Shown in pieces: positions 1 through 13,385 of a DNA stretch of 64,000 nucleotides (position 1 is its first letter; every line of letters begins with the position of its first letter). The stretch is from Octopus vulgaris. Lineage: Eukaryota. Below the pieces are notes generated by a model, which did not search any database, was not told where the DNA came from, and worked only from the letters and a program-made list of their open reading frames with translations. The position numbers and the translations under genes are program-made. The stretch lies in assembly GCA_951406725.2 (NCBI GenBank), contig CATOCA020000001.1:10602001-10666000 (forward strand), read 5' to 3'.

Positions 1-650
1 GAAAATTTATTGAACCGATTTTTATGAAGTTTGGTAAACGAATGAAATAAAGTCACGTGATTGAATTTAGAAACAACAAAAATGAATTGCATGTTACGGG
101 ATTTATTGTGGATTTTTTAAAGATATTTTATTTCAGAACATTCGGTATGATGCGTAGAAGACAACATAATATTTTTCAATCATCTGAAGCTCAAAGCTCT
201 CGGAGTTGAAGGTCTATGGAGACACGAGAAGAAAGGCAGGACAGGCACGGAGACAAAGAAATGTCGTAGAGACACAACAGCAACAGGAAGTAAAACATCA
301 GTTTCAAACAACCAGGCAAGCCTGCTGGAGGGAACAAGAGACACCAGAGGGGAAACGACAGAGGTTCGAGTCTCAAGCCATTAGAAAACCAGCTTAAGAG
401 AATATATGTTAACAGAACAACTTCAAAGTAACGCAGATAGAAATGCCTGATCCAGAGAACAGGAAACATCAAAGTAACGACAAGTCAGGTTGGAATTTAA
501 AACTTTATCTTTTGGAGAGGAGCGACTAGTAACCTTTAACTAAGATCTTAATACATAAGCATTACGATAGATGTTTTATGAATACATTTGTGTAGAGTAC
601 ACACTGGGTCAAAGGTCGGGTGAGCGCTTGTATATATTATAAATACACAA
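1..650 (+). mobile_element. Degenerate Helitron 5' part (5' region plus RepHel N-terminal Glu/Arg-rich repeats)
   Basis: Opens with gaaccgatttttatgaagtttgg, which resembles Helitron 5' subterminal motifs. Frameshifted ET.EQR.RLE-type repeats follow (METREERQDR, REQETPEGKRQRFE, REQETSK*RQVRLE), typical of animal RepHel N-termini. Confidence 0.55.
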
Positions 651-759
651 ATTTGGTGATTTGTTTAGTCTACTTCTTTTCCTCAAGAGCTTCATGCATT
701 AGTGAACAGTCAACAGCGTTGGAGACCATGGAGATTAAATTTCTGAATATTTGAAAAGA

Positions 760-1480
760 GTTTCCTGTATCATTGTAATTTTTGGTGGATATCAAAATGC
801 CGACATCATGACTGATGCTCAATGCTCTGTGAATACTGTAAAGGCTGTGAGATGTGACACACGCATGAGACTGTGAATCTGTAGCTACTGGGAAGGGACA
901 TAGTAGGAGTTCTGAGTGTGTCTGCACCACACCACAATTCATTGCCACATCGTTGAGCAGGCAGTGAGTTACGCTCTACACAGACAGCTTTGTGAAACTG
1001 CTGCAGACTGGGATCAAACTCTGGCTGGAGAGGATTGCCATTGGAAGGTCATATGTGTGGCAGCAAGATTCATCTCTTCGTCATACCGCTGGAAGGAACC
1101 AGACGTGATTGTTGGAGATTTTCTACGACTGCCCCAGCCCGAATTTCTGGTCTTCTAATTCCCCTGATTGTAATACCCTGGATTACTATGTGAGGGGCGC
1201 AATTGAGAAAGATACAAACCACTCTTCCTGCAGCACTAAGTCCAAGCTGATGCCCAAGATCAAAGAGGGGTTCGAAAATCTCCCCAAGGACACAGTGAGA
1301 ACGCATATACCAGGCTTTGAAGATGTGTTGAGGCTGTGGTGGAAGTGAAGGGCAGATAATTTCAGGAAACCTTTATCTCTCAGCCAAAACCTAGTTTTGA
1401 CAGGTTTTGAATTTTTAAAACGCTTATTTTTGGATGTGATAAGGAGTTTTATTTTCCTTTTGTGAAAACTGTCAGATGTA
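760..1480 (+). mobile_element. Internally deleted Tc1/mariner (DD37D/maT-like) transposase remnant
   Basis: Frameshifted motifs YVWQQDS...H, PNFWSSNSPDCNTLDYYVRGAIEK and KIKEGFENLPKDTVRNA. Confidence 0.8.
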
Positions 1481-1614
1481 TACATACACTCATTGCATAT
1501 GTATACATATCTATATACATATATTTAAATGTATATGTATACACAAATACACATACATGCATGTGTATGCCTATCCATTTAGATATTTATTCACATTTGT
1601 TGCAGCTTTGCAAT

Positions 1615-2470
1615 ATTGTATGCTAAAAGTATTCCACAAGGGACATCCAGGAATCGCAAGAATGAAAGCACTGATGAGAAGCTAAGTTTACTGGTTGAAT
1701 ATGGATCAGGAAATTGAAATTGGTGAAGGCCTGCAGGGGTTGTGCCCTGGCAATAAAAAGCACTACCTATAAAAATTCAGCCTTGGCCCAAGACTGACAT
1801 AGAGTACAGGACCGATAAATGGAAGGCATTATCTATTAGCTGTGGACAGTTACACGAAATGGCCGGAAATATGTAAATGTAGGAAGCCATCCTCCAAAGT
1901 GGCAATGCAATTTCTGGACGAACATTTTGCGCGATATGGCACCCCAGACAATATAGTGTCTGAAAGCGGAACATAGTTGACATCGAAGAAATTTAAAAGC
2001 TATTACAAAATGCATGCAATGGAGCATATTACTACTCGGCAATACCATCCGAGATCGAATGGACTAGCGGAACGTTTTGTAGACAAGTTTAAGAGGGCAC
2101 TAAAAGAAACCTAGGAATGAGCTACTAGTTCATACTGCATTGACGCATTTCTTAAGTGTCTACCGAATAACACCTAACCCCAACACCACTTCAGGTATGT
2201 CGCCGGCTGAACTAATGTTCACCAGGAAAGTCAGGTCAGTGCTCGACAAATTATTACCGAGAAGAAAAGGTGGGGGGAAATAGAAGGAAACACCGAAAAT
2301 AAGATAAAATACTTCAAATTCGGTGACAAGGTGTTTTTGTTTTTAAATATACAGAAATGGAGAGGAAAGTTGGGAAGAAATTATAATAAGTAAACGTTTT
2401 GGAAAAATAACGTAAATGGTAAAAGGTGAAACGTGGGAACACATTTAAACCAACTGAAAAAAAAGAACTG
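1615..2470 (+). mobile_element. Ty3/Gypsy LTR retrotransposon integrase remnant
   Basis: H2C2 zinc finger HKGHPGIARMKALMRS*VYW...CRGC, core YHPRSNGLAERFV and SGMSPAELMF. Stops and frameshifts present. Confidence 0.85.
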
Positions 2471-2489
2471 TTTACGCGAGAAAGAATAA

Positions 2490-2965
2490 GACGACAAACA
2501 GATGAAAGGCAGTGCTATTGGTGTAGGGATCACCGGTGATGTTGCCAGCCTCTTCATAGTATGATGGGACAGGCATTTTAAGCAGTGCCTAGTGACCCGT
2601 AACATCCACTTAAATATGTACTCTCGAAACGTTGACGACATTGACTTTGTCGTGAAAAGTAATACAAATATGAACACTCTCCTAAATGAAGAAGAGATGA
2701 TGACAACTGTACAACACATGGCTGACTCTATCCATAGCAGTATAAAGGCTACTGTAGACTACCCCTCTAAAAACTCCAGAAATAGATTACCTGCAATACA
2801 TACTCAGCTGTGGATAGAAAATACTATGATTAACGGAACAGTTAATCCCTGTTTACTCCATTCACATTATTATAAATCTATAGCTAATCCACTGGTAAAT
2901 CCGTAGTGACTCAGCGATGTCAAGTACTACCAAAATCAACATCCTTGTGGCAGACTTCGAGTAAT
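2490..2965 (+). mobile_element. Penelope-like element RT fragment (degenerate, different family from the array PLE)
   Basis: KQMKGSAIGVGITGDVASLFIV*WD, YSRNVDD (YVDD-like), TVDYPS...LP and HYYKSIAN thumb motif. Confidence 0.65.
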
Positions 2966-3117
2966 GAGGATAACATCGGTGGCGTGGAGAGGAGAGGCTG
3001 GTATGCATGGGCAACTGCTGGTCTTCCATAAACAACCTTGCCCAGACTTGTGCCTCGGAGGGTAACATTGTAGGTGCAATCCCTCATTCCTGACCGAAGG
3101 GGGTCCAATATATATAT

Positions 3118-3159
<42 letters not shown>

Positions 3160-3174
3160 TTATATATATATATA

Positions 3175-3358
3175 GGCGCAGGAGTGGGTGTGTCTTAAGT
3201 AGCTTGCTTACCAAGCACATGGTTCCGGGTTCAGTCCGACTGCGAGGCACCTTGGGCAAGTGTTTTCTACTATAGCCACGGGCCGACCAAAGCCTTGTGA
3301 GTCGATTTGGTAGACGGAAACTGAAAGAAGCCCGTCGTATATATATATATATATATAA

Positions 3359-3390
<32 letters not shown>

Positions 3391-3578
3391 CCGAAGCATC
3401 GCTTGACAACAGATGCTGGTGTGTTTACGTCCCCGTAGATTAGCGGTTCGGCAAAAGAAACCGATGGAATAAGTACTAGGCTTACAAAGAATAAGTTCTG
3501 GGGTCGATTTACTCGACTAAATGCGGTGCTCCACCATGGCCACAGTCAAATGACAGAAACAATTAAAAGAGTAAAAGA
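3175..3578 (+). mobile_element. tRNA-derived SINE type A (CORE-like domain, internal microsatellite)
   Basis: GGCGCAGGAGTGG head with box B-like GGTTCAGTCC, CCTTGGGCAAGTG core, tail GCGGTGCTCCA.CATGGCC.CAGTCAAATGAC and (gtaaaaga)n end. Confidence 0.85.
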
Positions 3579-3601
3579 ATATATATATGTACGTTTGTAT
3601 G

Positions 3602-3652
<51 letters not shown>

Positions 3653-3654
<2 letters not shown>

Positions 3655-4035
3655 AGGCGCAATGGCCCAGTGGTTAGGGCAGCGGACTCGCGGTCATAGG
3701 ATCGCGGTTTCGATTCCCAGACCGGGTGTTGTGAGTGTTTATTGAGCGAATACACCTAAAGCTCCACGAGGCTCCGGCAGGGGATGGTGGTGATCCCTGC
3801 TGTACTCTTTCACCACAACTTTCCTCTCACTCTTACTTCCTGTTTCTGTTGTATCTGTTTTTCAAAGGGCCGGCCTTGTCACTCCCTGTGTCACGCTGAA
3901 TATCCCCGAGAACTACGTTAAGGGTGCACGTGTCTGTGGAGTGCTCAGCCACTTACATGTTAATTTCACGAGCAGGCTGTTCCGTTGATTCGGATCAACC
4001 GGAACCCTCATCGACGTAACCGACGGAGTGCTTCC
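3653..4035 (+). mobile_element. tRNA-derived SINE type B (head B + tail 1)
   Basis: TGGCCCAGTGG box A and GTTTCGATTCC box B. The 3' part is shared with the element at 4778-5102. Confidence 0.8.
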
Positions 4036-4058
4036 ATATATATATCTGTGTGTGTGTG

Positions 4059-4106
<48 letters not shown>

Positions 4107-4699
4107 ATGCACGTATCTAAATATACATATATAACTTAGAATACAGAGACACAGAAAATGAAAGGGAGATCCTATGGTATTACAATCCGGCAACTGTTTG
4201 TGAGGGGTCAGTCCTGTAATATTTGTTTTGGAAATTACTTGATGACCCAACTTGTACTTTCCTAAAAGTGGTTGGCATAAAGATCGGCATCCAGTCACAG
4301 AAACCATGCTAAAAGAGATAATGGGAACCTGGTGCAGCTCTCTGGCTTACCAGTTCCCATCAAAGCGCCCAACGCATGCCAGTTGGAAAACAGACGTTAA
4401 ACGATGATGATTATTATTTATGTATGTAAACATACGGACCTATAGAATGAGGACCGATGCTAAGAATGGCCAATGATCTGGTGTTCATAATAACAGCAAC
4501 AACAAAGACAACAGAAGCACAACGGCAGGAACGGCAGTGAGCAGACAGGGGTCAATGGGACCGGAACCTTCAAGTGGCTGGGGAAACTACAGCAGTTGTA
4601 GCAGACTATAGAGAAAGGGAAGAAGAAGAGAGGAGGAAATGGAAGAAGCGAAGGCATTGAAATAAACACTGGGTCCACATTGAGGGAAAATAAGTTGAA

Positions 4700-5320
4700 A
4701 AACATCATCAGAAGATCTCACTTCTGTGTGTAAAATCGAAAGTGGTCAACTAGATGACATGTTGTTGTGAAGCCATAAAAAGACTCCGCCGGTTACGACG
4801 ACGAGGGTCCCAGCTGATACGATCAACGGAACAGCTTGCTCGTGAAATTAACGTGCAAATGGCTGAGCATTCCACAGACACGTGTACCCTTAACGTAGTT
4901 CTCGGGGATAATCAGCGTGACACAGAGAGTGACAAGGCTGACCCTTTGAAATACAAGTACAACTCATTTTTGCCAGCTGAGTGGACTGGAGCAACGTGAA
5001 ATAAAGTGTCTTGCTCAAGGACACAACGCGTCGCCGGGAATCGAACTCACAAACTTACGATCATGAGCCGAATGCCCTAACCACTAAGCCACGCGCCCTC
5101 ACTGTGAAGCCATATACGTCGGATCAACGAGGAGACAGATTCACCGCAGAGTGAAAGAGCATTCCTTTCAGTCCAAACAACACAGTGTTTTATTCCCGAA
5201 CGGTCAACATCGCCAAAGTGAATGTTCCACCAGGATACTAGAAAGAGTCGTGGATGCCGTCAACCTCCGAATAACAGAGGCGCACTTCATTAGAAGAAAA
5301 ATGCCAAGCTTGAACCACTG
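4700..5320 (+). mobile_element. Penelope-like GIY-YIG endonuclease remnant split by a SINE
   Basis: Removing the SINE and one TSD gives VVN*MTCCCEAIYVGSTRRQIHRRVKEH ... NLRITEAHFIRRKMPSLN. Confidence 0.7.
4778..5102 (-). mobile_element. tRNA-derived SINE type C (head C + tail 1) with 12-bp TSD
   Basis: Minus strand TGGCTTAGTGG / GAGTTCGATTCC boxes and GTGTCCTTGAGCAAGACACTT core. TSD tgtgaagccata at 4766-4777 and 5103-5114. Confidence 0.9.
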
Positions 5321-5754
5321 ACCTTAGCTAATGCCTGGAAACCTATTTACTGCTTTCAGGATTATTAATCGACACTTGTTAACATTAGGGAAATAAAGAA
5401 GAATCATGGATTCAAAAGTGCTCACAGTGAAATGGAATTTAAAACCGAGCAACAAGACTTACTCTGGGTTACATGTCACATACAGGATAACTCCATACTT
5501 TGCCATTTCCAATCTTCTCCTCCCCCCTCTCTCTCTCTCTTTGTCTCCATTGCGATCGTTAGCCGAATACATTAACCACTAAGCCACGTAACTTCACTCA
5601 TCTACAAATGTAAACTTTTAAATAACCATCACTTTGGCTTTCTGAATCCAGCGGACAATTCCACAGAACTCACCAATAATTTTTCTAAATCTGATCAATT
5701 CTAAACTAGATTGTTCTTTCAAAAACAGTATTTAAATATACTCCTCTCTCTCTC

Positions 5755-6135
5755 TCTCTTACTTGTTTCAGTCATTTGACTGCAGCCATACTGGAGCACC
5801 GCCTTTAATCGAGCAACTCGACCCCGGGACTTATTCTTTTGCAAGCCCAGTACTTATTCTATCGGTCTCTTTTGCTAAAACGCTAAGTAACGGGGACATA
5901 AACACACCAGCATCGGTTGTCAAGCAATGCTAAGGGGACAAACACAGACACAAACACACACACACACACATATATATACACATATACGACGGGCTTCTTT
6001 CAGTTTCCCTCTACCAAATCCACTCACAAGGCTTTGGTCGGGCCGAGGCTATAGTAGAAGACACTTATCCAAGGTGCCATGCAGTGGGACTGAACCCGGA
6101 ACCATGCGGTTGGTAAACAAGCTACTTACCACACA
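5755..6135 (-). mobile_element. SINE type A
   Basis: Reverse complement of the 3175-3578 element. Confidence 0.85.
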
Positions 6136-6144
6136 CATCCACTA

Positions 6145-6620
6145 TTCTTTTCTACTCTAGGCACAGGGCCAGAAATTTTGGGAGAGTGGGTAGTTATTTG
6201 TATCGACCCCAGTAAGCAACTGGAACTTAATTTATCGATCCCGAAAGAAGGAAAGGCAAAATCGACATCGGCAGAATTTGAACTCAGAATGTAAAAACAG
6301 AGGAAAAACCTATTTCTTTACTACCCACAAAGGGCTAAACACAGAGAGGACAAACAAGGGCAAACATACGGATTAAGTCGATTATATCGACCTCAATGCA
6401 TAACTGGTACTTAATGTATCGACCGCGAAAGGATGAAAGGCAAAGCCGACCTCGGCGGAATTTGAACTCGGAACCTAACGGCAAACGAAATACCTATTTC
6501 TTTACTACCCACAAGGGGCTAAACACTGAGGGGACAAACAAGGACAGACATACGGATTAAGTTGATTATATCGACCCCAATGTGTAACTGGTACTTATTT
6601 AATCGACCCCGATAGGATAA
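6145..6620 (-). mobile_element. SINE type D (Meta/MESC-like core), tandem multimer
   Basis: Repeated ~180-bp units with gatgaaaggcaaagtcgacctcggcggaatttgaactc (rc box B plus GCCTTTCATCC core). Confidence 0.75.
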
Positions 6621-7199
6621 TGTTTCTGCCAGTTTGCCTCCTAATAAAGATGAAAACATTAAAATTGTTTTTATAAGAAGAAAATATATTTGAAGTGTGC
6701 CAATTATATTTGTTTAAAATATATAAAAATTGTGGTTTGTGTTGTCAGGGTTTTAACTAAAGGTTAAACGATATTTAAAACAAAAACAGAAAATAATTTG
6801 TTAATTGAAACAAATAGAAGAATAATAAGTACCTGTATAAATAATTCGGTTTTCTGTTGGAATCTGAAGAGATTGTCTCGCAAGAATATATTGGATGCTC
6901 AGCGTGCTTCGAGAAGTGCGATGAAATATACAGAAACCCCGTTCAGTTTACTCTTATTTATAATGAGATTACCAGACTTGTCCACGTTGTATATTGAGAT
7001 AAGGTGTGAACTTTACACACAGGGCGTTGCGCATTTAATCACGAGGACAAATGATAAATCTTGACATTAGTTATAGCAGTTGTGTATGTGTGTATGTTAC
7101 ATCTATATGTGTGCCCGTATATATTTATGTATGTGTGTGTGTTTGTAGGCGTAGCAGGTTCTCACTGCAGGTAAAAAGGAGAAACTACTTGCATATGCG

Positions 7200-7268
7200 T
7201 ATACACACACACACACACATACATCTTAATTTCATATATTTCATGTATACCATACATATACATATCCC

Positions 7269-7316
<48 letters not shown>

Positions 7317-7320
7317 TATG

Positions 7321-7395
<75 letters not shown>

Positions 7396-7710
7396 GCATT
7401 CATACATACATACATGTATACATACATACGTACATTCATACATTCATACATACATACACACAAATACATACATAAACACACATACATACATACGTACATA
7501 CATACATACACATACATACATGCATACATACATACATACATACATGCATACATACATACATACACACACATACATACATACACATACATACATACATACA
7601 TACATACATACATACATACATACATACATACATACATACATACATACATACATACATACATACACACATACATACATACATACATACAGACAGACATACA
7701 CACACACATA
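7200..7710. repeat. Compound (TA)n/(TG)n/(TACA)n microsatellite
   Basis: Direct inspection. Confidence 0.95.
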
Positions 7711-7899
7711 ATGCACTGACGTGTGTGTACTTAAAAGTATCGTTGTTTGAACGCAAGTTTGAGAGACAATGAAATGTAACTGAAAGAGGAACTCAATACT
7801 AAGAATGTAGAAAAATTCCTAATAAAATTTGCGTTGACCGAGGTTTGAATATTATTCATCAAGAGAAATGGAACCAGAAATATGAGGTCCCAGTTGACA

Positions 7900-8342
7900 T
7901 GAAATATACAGAACCCATGCAGGTTAGTGTTGGACATTTCCAAACCCCATACTATCAACGGACAACATATGGTGGACCTGGAGGGATTTCGGTCCCAGAT
8001 TCATAATCAGGGCGTGACTTAGGCATTGACATGTCTAATGTTGCACACTTCCATGTGCATATTACGAAGCTGGCAATAAAATTCAGGTGGTTGGGTGGAT
8101 GAATTCTTAGAAGTTTCAGTTCTAAGGAGCAGGAAACTATAATGGTCCTCTGGAGGATATTTGTTCTTGGCCAGTGTGATTACTGCTTCCATCGATGACC
8201 ACCACATCGTGTAAAATTAAGAGCTAAACTCGAGGCGATTAAACGAAGCTTCACAATGAAGGTTGCCTCAGTGCAGCAGATTAGTGACTGGGAACGACTC
8301 TACAGGTCGAAACATTACTTCCTGTAACGGAGATGGGAAAGT
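7900..8342 (+). mobile_element. Old CR1-like LINE ORF2 fragment
   Basis: MVLWRIFVLGQCDYC...LEAIKRSFT...DWERL, homologous to the LINE peptide in the tandem array. Confidence 0.75.
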
Positions 8343-8659
8343 TAGACTGCGGCCATGCTGGTGCACCACCTTGAAGAATTTTTAGTTGTATGTATCGATC
8401 CCAGTACTTGTATATTTTTTAAAAGCCTGGTAATTATGCTGTGTTTCTTTTGCCGAACCGCTAAGTTACTGGGACCTAAACATGCCAATAATGGTTGTCA
8501 AGCGGTGCCGGGTGTCTCTTCACTGACTGCAACCTTTCACTGTAACAGACTCCCTGATTTCATTATCAGAAAAAATCATCGTATGTACATAGAAACCTGT
8601 TTAGTTTCATCCCTAAAACATGATTAATCGTTCCTCCCTTCATTTAAGATTTTCGCATC

Positions 8660-8870
8660 TTATGGAGGTGAACTGGTAGAAGCATTGGTCTGAGGGACAC
8701 AATGCCCTGCGGCATTTCGTCCGTCTTTACGTTCGGGCTTCAAATGGGTTCCACTTTGCTTTACATCGATTCGGGGTCAAGATAATAAGCACCATTTGAG
8801 CCCTCTGATTGATGTAATCGATTTACCACCTTCCTCGAATTTGCCGGCCTTGTGACAAAATTTGAAACCG
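8660..8870 (+). mobile_element. Degenerate SINE type D
   Basis: Diverged match to the 21496-21710 copy. Confidence 0.6.
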
Positions 8871-9866
8871 ATATTTTCTAATCAAAATAGTGAAACACTT
8901 AAATCATTCCAAACGTTCTCAGACCATTGTCCCGTGTTGTTAGTTTTGAGGTGAGGTACATCTACAGCTTCTAGATGTTTCTAAATGACCATGTCGTATT
9001 TGCCAAACGTTTGGCCGAGTTCAAAGTTTTTTCCTCTTTTGAAACTTTGCTGTTATTTTCTCTGTAGCTTTGATCTTTTACTTGTTTCAAGCATTTGTGT
9101 GTCCATGCTGGGGCACCGCCTTGAAAGATATTAGTGAAAACAAATCGACAGCAGGATTTATATTTTAAGACCTGTTAAATAATCCATATTCATAGAAAAG
9201 GGGAATGCACTGGCGATTAGGTTCTGCTGTGAACCAACAAATACGGTAACTTCTGGCGATTATACACACACACACACCAGAAATACCAAGATACCAATTT
9301 TTCTACAGAACTGGGAACACAACATTTTAAGAAAAATGTCATCTTCTCGATATTCAAAGTCTTTCCCCACCGCATCCCCAAGCATCCTTTCAGGGGTGGA
9401 TTCTTAGATTTTTATCTAAATTTAAAGTAGATGTAAAAAGCAAAGGATTGGTGTGTCACTGAGTTGACAGTAGGAACCATCTGTGCAGTCCAGGGATCAA
9501 TTCACATCCCTCTCCTGTTCACTACACGTCTCTAAGCCACAAGAGAAGGATTTAAAAACTTAACAGGAATTTCCTATATGGGGATTGTCTAGTTACCTTA
9601 GTTGTGTCTGACAAAGAAATTCCATGCTTGATTCGGAGAAAAGGAGTAACAAGGGGTTTCATTGGACCACATCAGTGATAAGTAAGAAGAAGGAGTTTAT
9701 TAACAGCAGGGAGCATAGCTGTGACTGAGAAACAAAGAGGACCTGGTAGTATGTAGCATACTTTTGCTAATTGTTTCAGATGCCTGTGTAGTCAGGAGCA
9801 GACAGTGACAACCCCTCAGAATTCTGTCTTCTGTCTAGCAGAATGTTGAGAATGTAATAGCCGGGG

Positions 9867-9897
<31 letters not shown>

Positions 9898-10027
9898 CAG
9901 ACAGAGACAGACCGTGAGAGAGTATGAGAGAGAGGTATGAATGAAGACTGAAAAAGGAAGAGAGGGATAAAGAATGGAAAGAAGGGAGAGAAAGGAAGGA
10001 AGAAAGAAAGAAAGAAAGAATAAATGA

Positions 10028-10074
<47 letters not shown>

Positions 10075-10801
10075 GGAAAGGAAGGAGATCAAATTCTGCC
10101 GAGGTCGACTTTGTTTTTCTTCTTTCCAGGGTAGCTAAACAAGTACCAGTTCTGGGGTCAATATAATCGGTTAACCCTTCCAAAACCATTACTGGTCTTG
10201 TACCTCGATTTGAAACCGATATTTCAAGAACAGTTTTTTTTTATCTCCGTTTCAACATTTGGTGACTTTCATATTTATTTTTCGATTTCAACAATTAGCT
10301 TCTTTACTGATTAAGAGAATAATATCAGCAATGATCTACTTGAAAATGGAAAGATAATTTCAACTAAACAATGGAAACCAATTTGAACAATAGTTACCAG
10401 GCATTAGTGATTAAAAAGTATGTCAAGGGTTTTGTTTGGACGATCGAAATAAAGATATTGTTGTAAACAGGTTGATTACATTAAGATAATTTAGCGAGTT
10501 TAGTCCTGTGATTCATTAAGTGTATAATATAAAGCTAAACTTCGAACCCAAATTTAATATTGTTTTATATTTGAAATTATTTTTAAGTATGCTATGGTGC
10601 TCAAAAATAAAATAATAAACGGTGGTAATATGGCAAACATGACTTTCAAAGTATAACATAGGTTTAATCTTAAACTTGAATATATCACATAACTTCTTTT
10701 ATGTCTCATGTCTTTTTCTCTCAGCTCATTTGTTCTTTACCATTCATAGAAACTAACATTACACTTCCATCGTCACCACATTTCTTTCCAAACTTTTGCA
10801 G

Positions 10802-10899
10802 ATCCCCTCCATTCAAGGCCCATCACTTGCTACCACGAGGCACATCGCTTTGGCCATGTCACTGACAAACAAGCCATTTGTGGCCAGCAGACACAGTAA
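10802..10899 (+). CDS. Candidate host exon, possibly terminal coding (xPLHSRPITCYHEAHRFGHVTDKQAICGQQTQ*)
   Basis: Branch point ACTAAC near 10752, AG-free pyrimidine tract and TTTTGCAG acceptor ending at 10801. Non-repetitive, more GC-rich sequence follows. Frame uncertain; phase 0 stays open to 11062. Confidence 0.4.
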
Positions 10900-11064
10900 C
10901 TCTCTAAACTTTATCAAACCCCGTTCTTACTGTGGCAACTATGTCCGCGAAAGACCCCGTCCTCACAACTTATTCGGTACCCTATCGTTAAAATCTGGGG
11001 ATTGCGAGGAATTTATTAATCAAGCAATGTCACCACCACCACCACCACCAGCACCACCATAACC

Positions 11065-11151
<87 letters not shown>

Positions 11152-11572
11152 CGTTACTGCGGCCATGCTGGGGCAACATATTCTAGGGTTTGGGTTGGAC
11201 AAATGGAGCACAGAACATTTAATGAAAAATCTTACTTATTCCAGCAGGTTGTGCTAAACCGCTGGATTATGGGGATGTAAACGCACCAGCACCGGCTGCA
11301 AATCTTGATGCAGGAAAAACAAGTACATAATAACACACGCACGCGTACACACACACATACACATATTTCACACACATGTAGACACACACATATATATAAT
11401 TATATATATATATATGTATGAATACTTATATCTCTCTATATATACAGACATACACGAGACGCTCCTTCCAGTTTCCTTTGACAAAATGCCACTTGCAATG
11501 AGTTATATACATTCTTTGCACAGACTTGTATATGTGCCACTGCTGTAATATGTTTGAATGAATTCATGACTA

Positions 11573-11677
11573 TAGATGCACAACAGATACGAATGTATAT
11601 ATTCATACATACAGATATGTATTCACATACATACAAATATTTGCATACTGATGCACAGATGTTGATGTATACGCATG

Positions 11678-11729
<52 letters not shown>

Positions 11730-11741
11730 TATGTGTGTGTA

Positions 11742-11781
<40 letters not shown>

Positions 11782-11843
11782 ACTACACTTGTATATATGT
11801 ACGATTATGTATGTTTGTGTGTATTTATGTATGTATGTATGTA

Positions 11844-11881
<38 letters not shown>

Positions 11882-12162
11882 ATACGCATGAGATTTTATA
11901 TATATGTAAAGATATATGTGTTCATATATACATATATATGTATATAAATATATCCTATATGTATATTTGTTTACATATATACATAAAAAGATAGATATAT
12001 ATACATATATATATACACATATATATATACACACCCACACACACATGTATATAGAATGACAAAAACACAAACAGACACAATCACAGACATATATACGGAT
12101 CTACGTAAAAAACAAAGTTTTATCGGTTTATTTTGATTATGCTCTATCTCTCACTCACTCAA

Positions 12163-12207
<45 letters not shown>

Positions 12208-12678
12208 TATATATAAAGTGATGTATATATATGAGTGTGTGTGTGTCAACTTTAATTACATGTAGAGAAAGACGTGGAAGGCAGAAGATGGTTATACGAT
12301 GAGCTAGAAACAACAGCAAAATCTCCTATGTATTGTCACCACCACCACCACCACCACCACCACTACTTCTACTACAACTACTACTGCACACACCTATATG
12401 AGTGTATACATATATATAAATACAGATATATATACATCGTCATGTGTGCATTTATATACAGATGTGTGTGTAAGTTCATACACATACGTACATATATATA
12501 CATTCATATATAGTGAGATATCTGTGTGTGCGTGTGTGTGTGTGTGTGCGTGCATTCAAAGAACATATACACATAATCGCATATACAGTATAGGCAGTTG
12601 AACAACCATACACACAGAGGTTTATAGCAAACTAACACAAACACGCACACATACACACATATGGGTTCATATACATAC

Positions 12679-12714
<36 letters not shown>

Positions 12715-13038
12715 ATGTGTGTTATATATATATATATATATATGTGTTTGTGTGTGTGTATATATATATATATATGTATATATATATGAGTGTGTGTGTG
12801 TATGTGTATACATACTTATATGTCTACTTAAATAGCATTAGAGAAAGACGTGGAAGGCTGTAGGTGCTTATACGATGAGCTAGAAACAACAGCAAAATCT
12901 CCTATGTATTTTCTTAGATGCACAACAGAATCAAATGTATATATTCATGCATACAGATATGTATTCACATTCATACAAATACTTCCATGCTGCTGCACAG
13001 ATGTTGTTGTATACGCAAATATATATATATACATATAC

Positions 13039-13118
<80 letters not shown>

Positions 13119-13186
13119 CAACTACACTTGTATATATGTACGATTATGTATGTATGTATGTATCTATCTGTCTCTCTCTCTGTGTT

Positions 13187-13224
<38 letters not shown>

Positions 13225-13341
13225 ATTAATATGCATGTGCTTTTATATATATGTAAATATATATGTGTTTATATATACATATATATGTATATAAATATAT
13301 CTTATATGTATATATGTTTACATATATACATAAAAAGATAT

Positions 13342-13385
<44 letters not shown>

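Noticed and set aside
3653-3725. tRNA-like sequence with A/B boxes (also 3175, 5030-5102, 30064)
   Set aside because: These continue into SINE bodies, are multicopy and lack a clean cloverleaf; they are SINE heads, not tRNA genes.
6145-6620. Repeat-spacer-like periodicity suggesting CRISPR
   Set aside because: Units are ~180-bp SINE modules with homologous 'spacers'. The context is eukaryotic and there are no cas genes.
6833-6863. Minus-strand 31-nt exon-like segment (ctcttcAG ATTCCAACAGAAAAC...ACAG GTACTT)
   Set aside because: Isolated, weak donor and no partner exons found; compatible with chance.
7051-7756. Long IYIY/HTYI/CMYV ORFs here and throughout (e.g. 24553-25225, 33394-33827, 37550-37955)
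   Set aside because: Translations of stop-free (TA)n, (TACA)n and (TG)n microsatellites; not genes.
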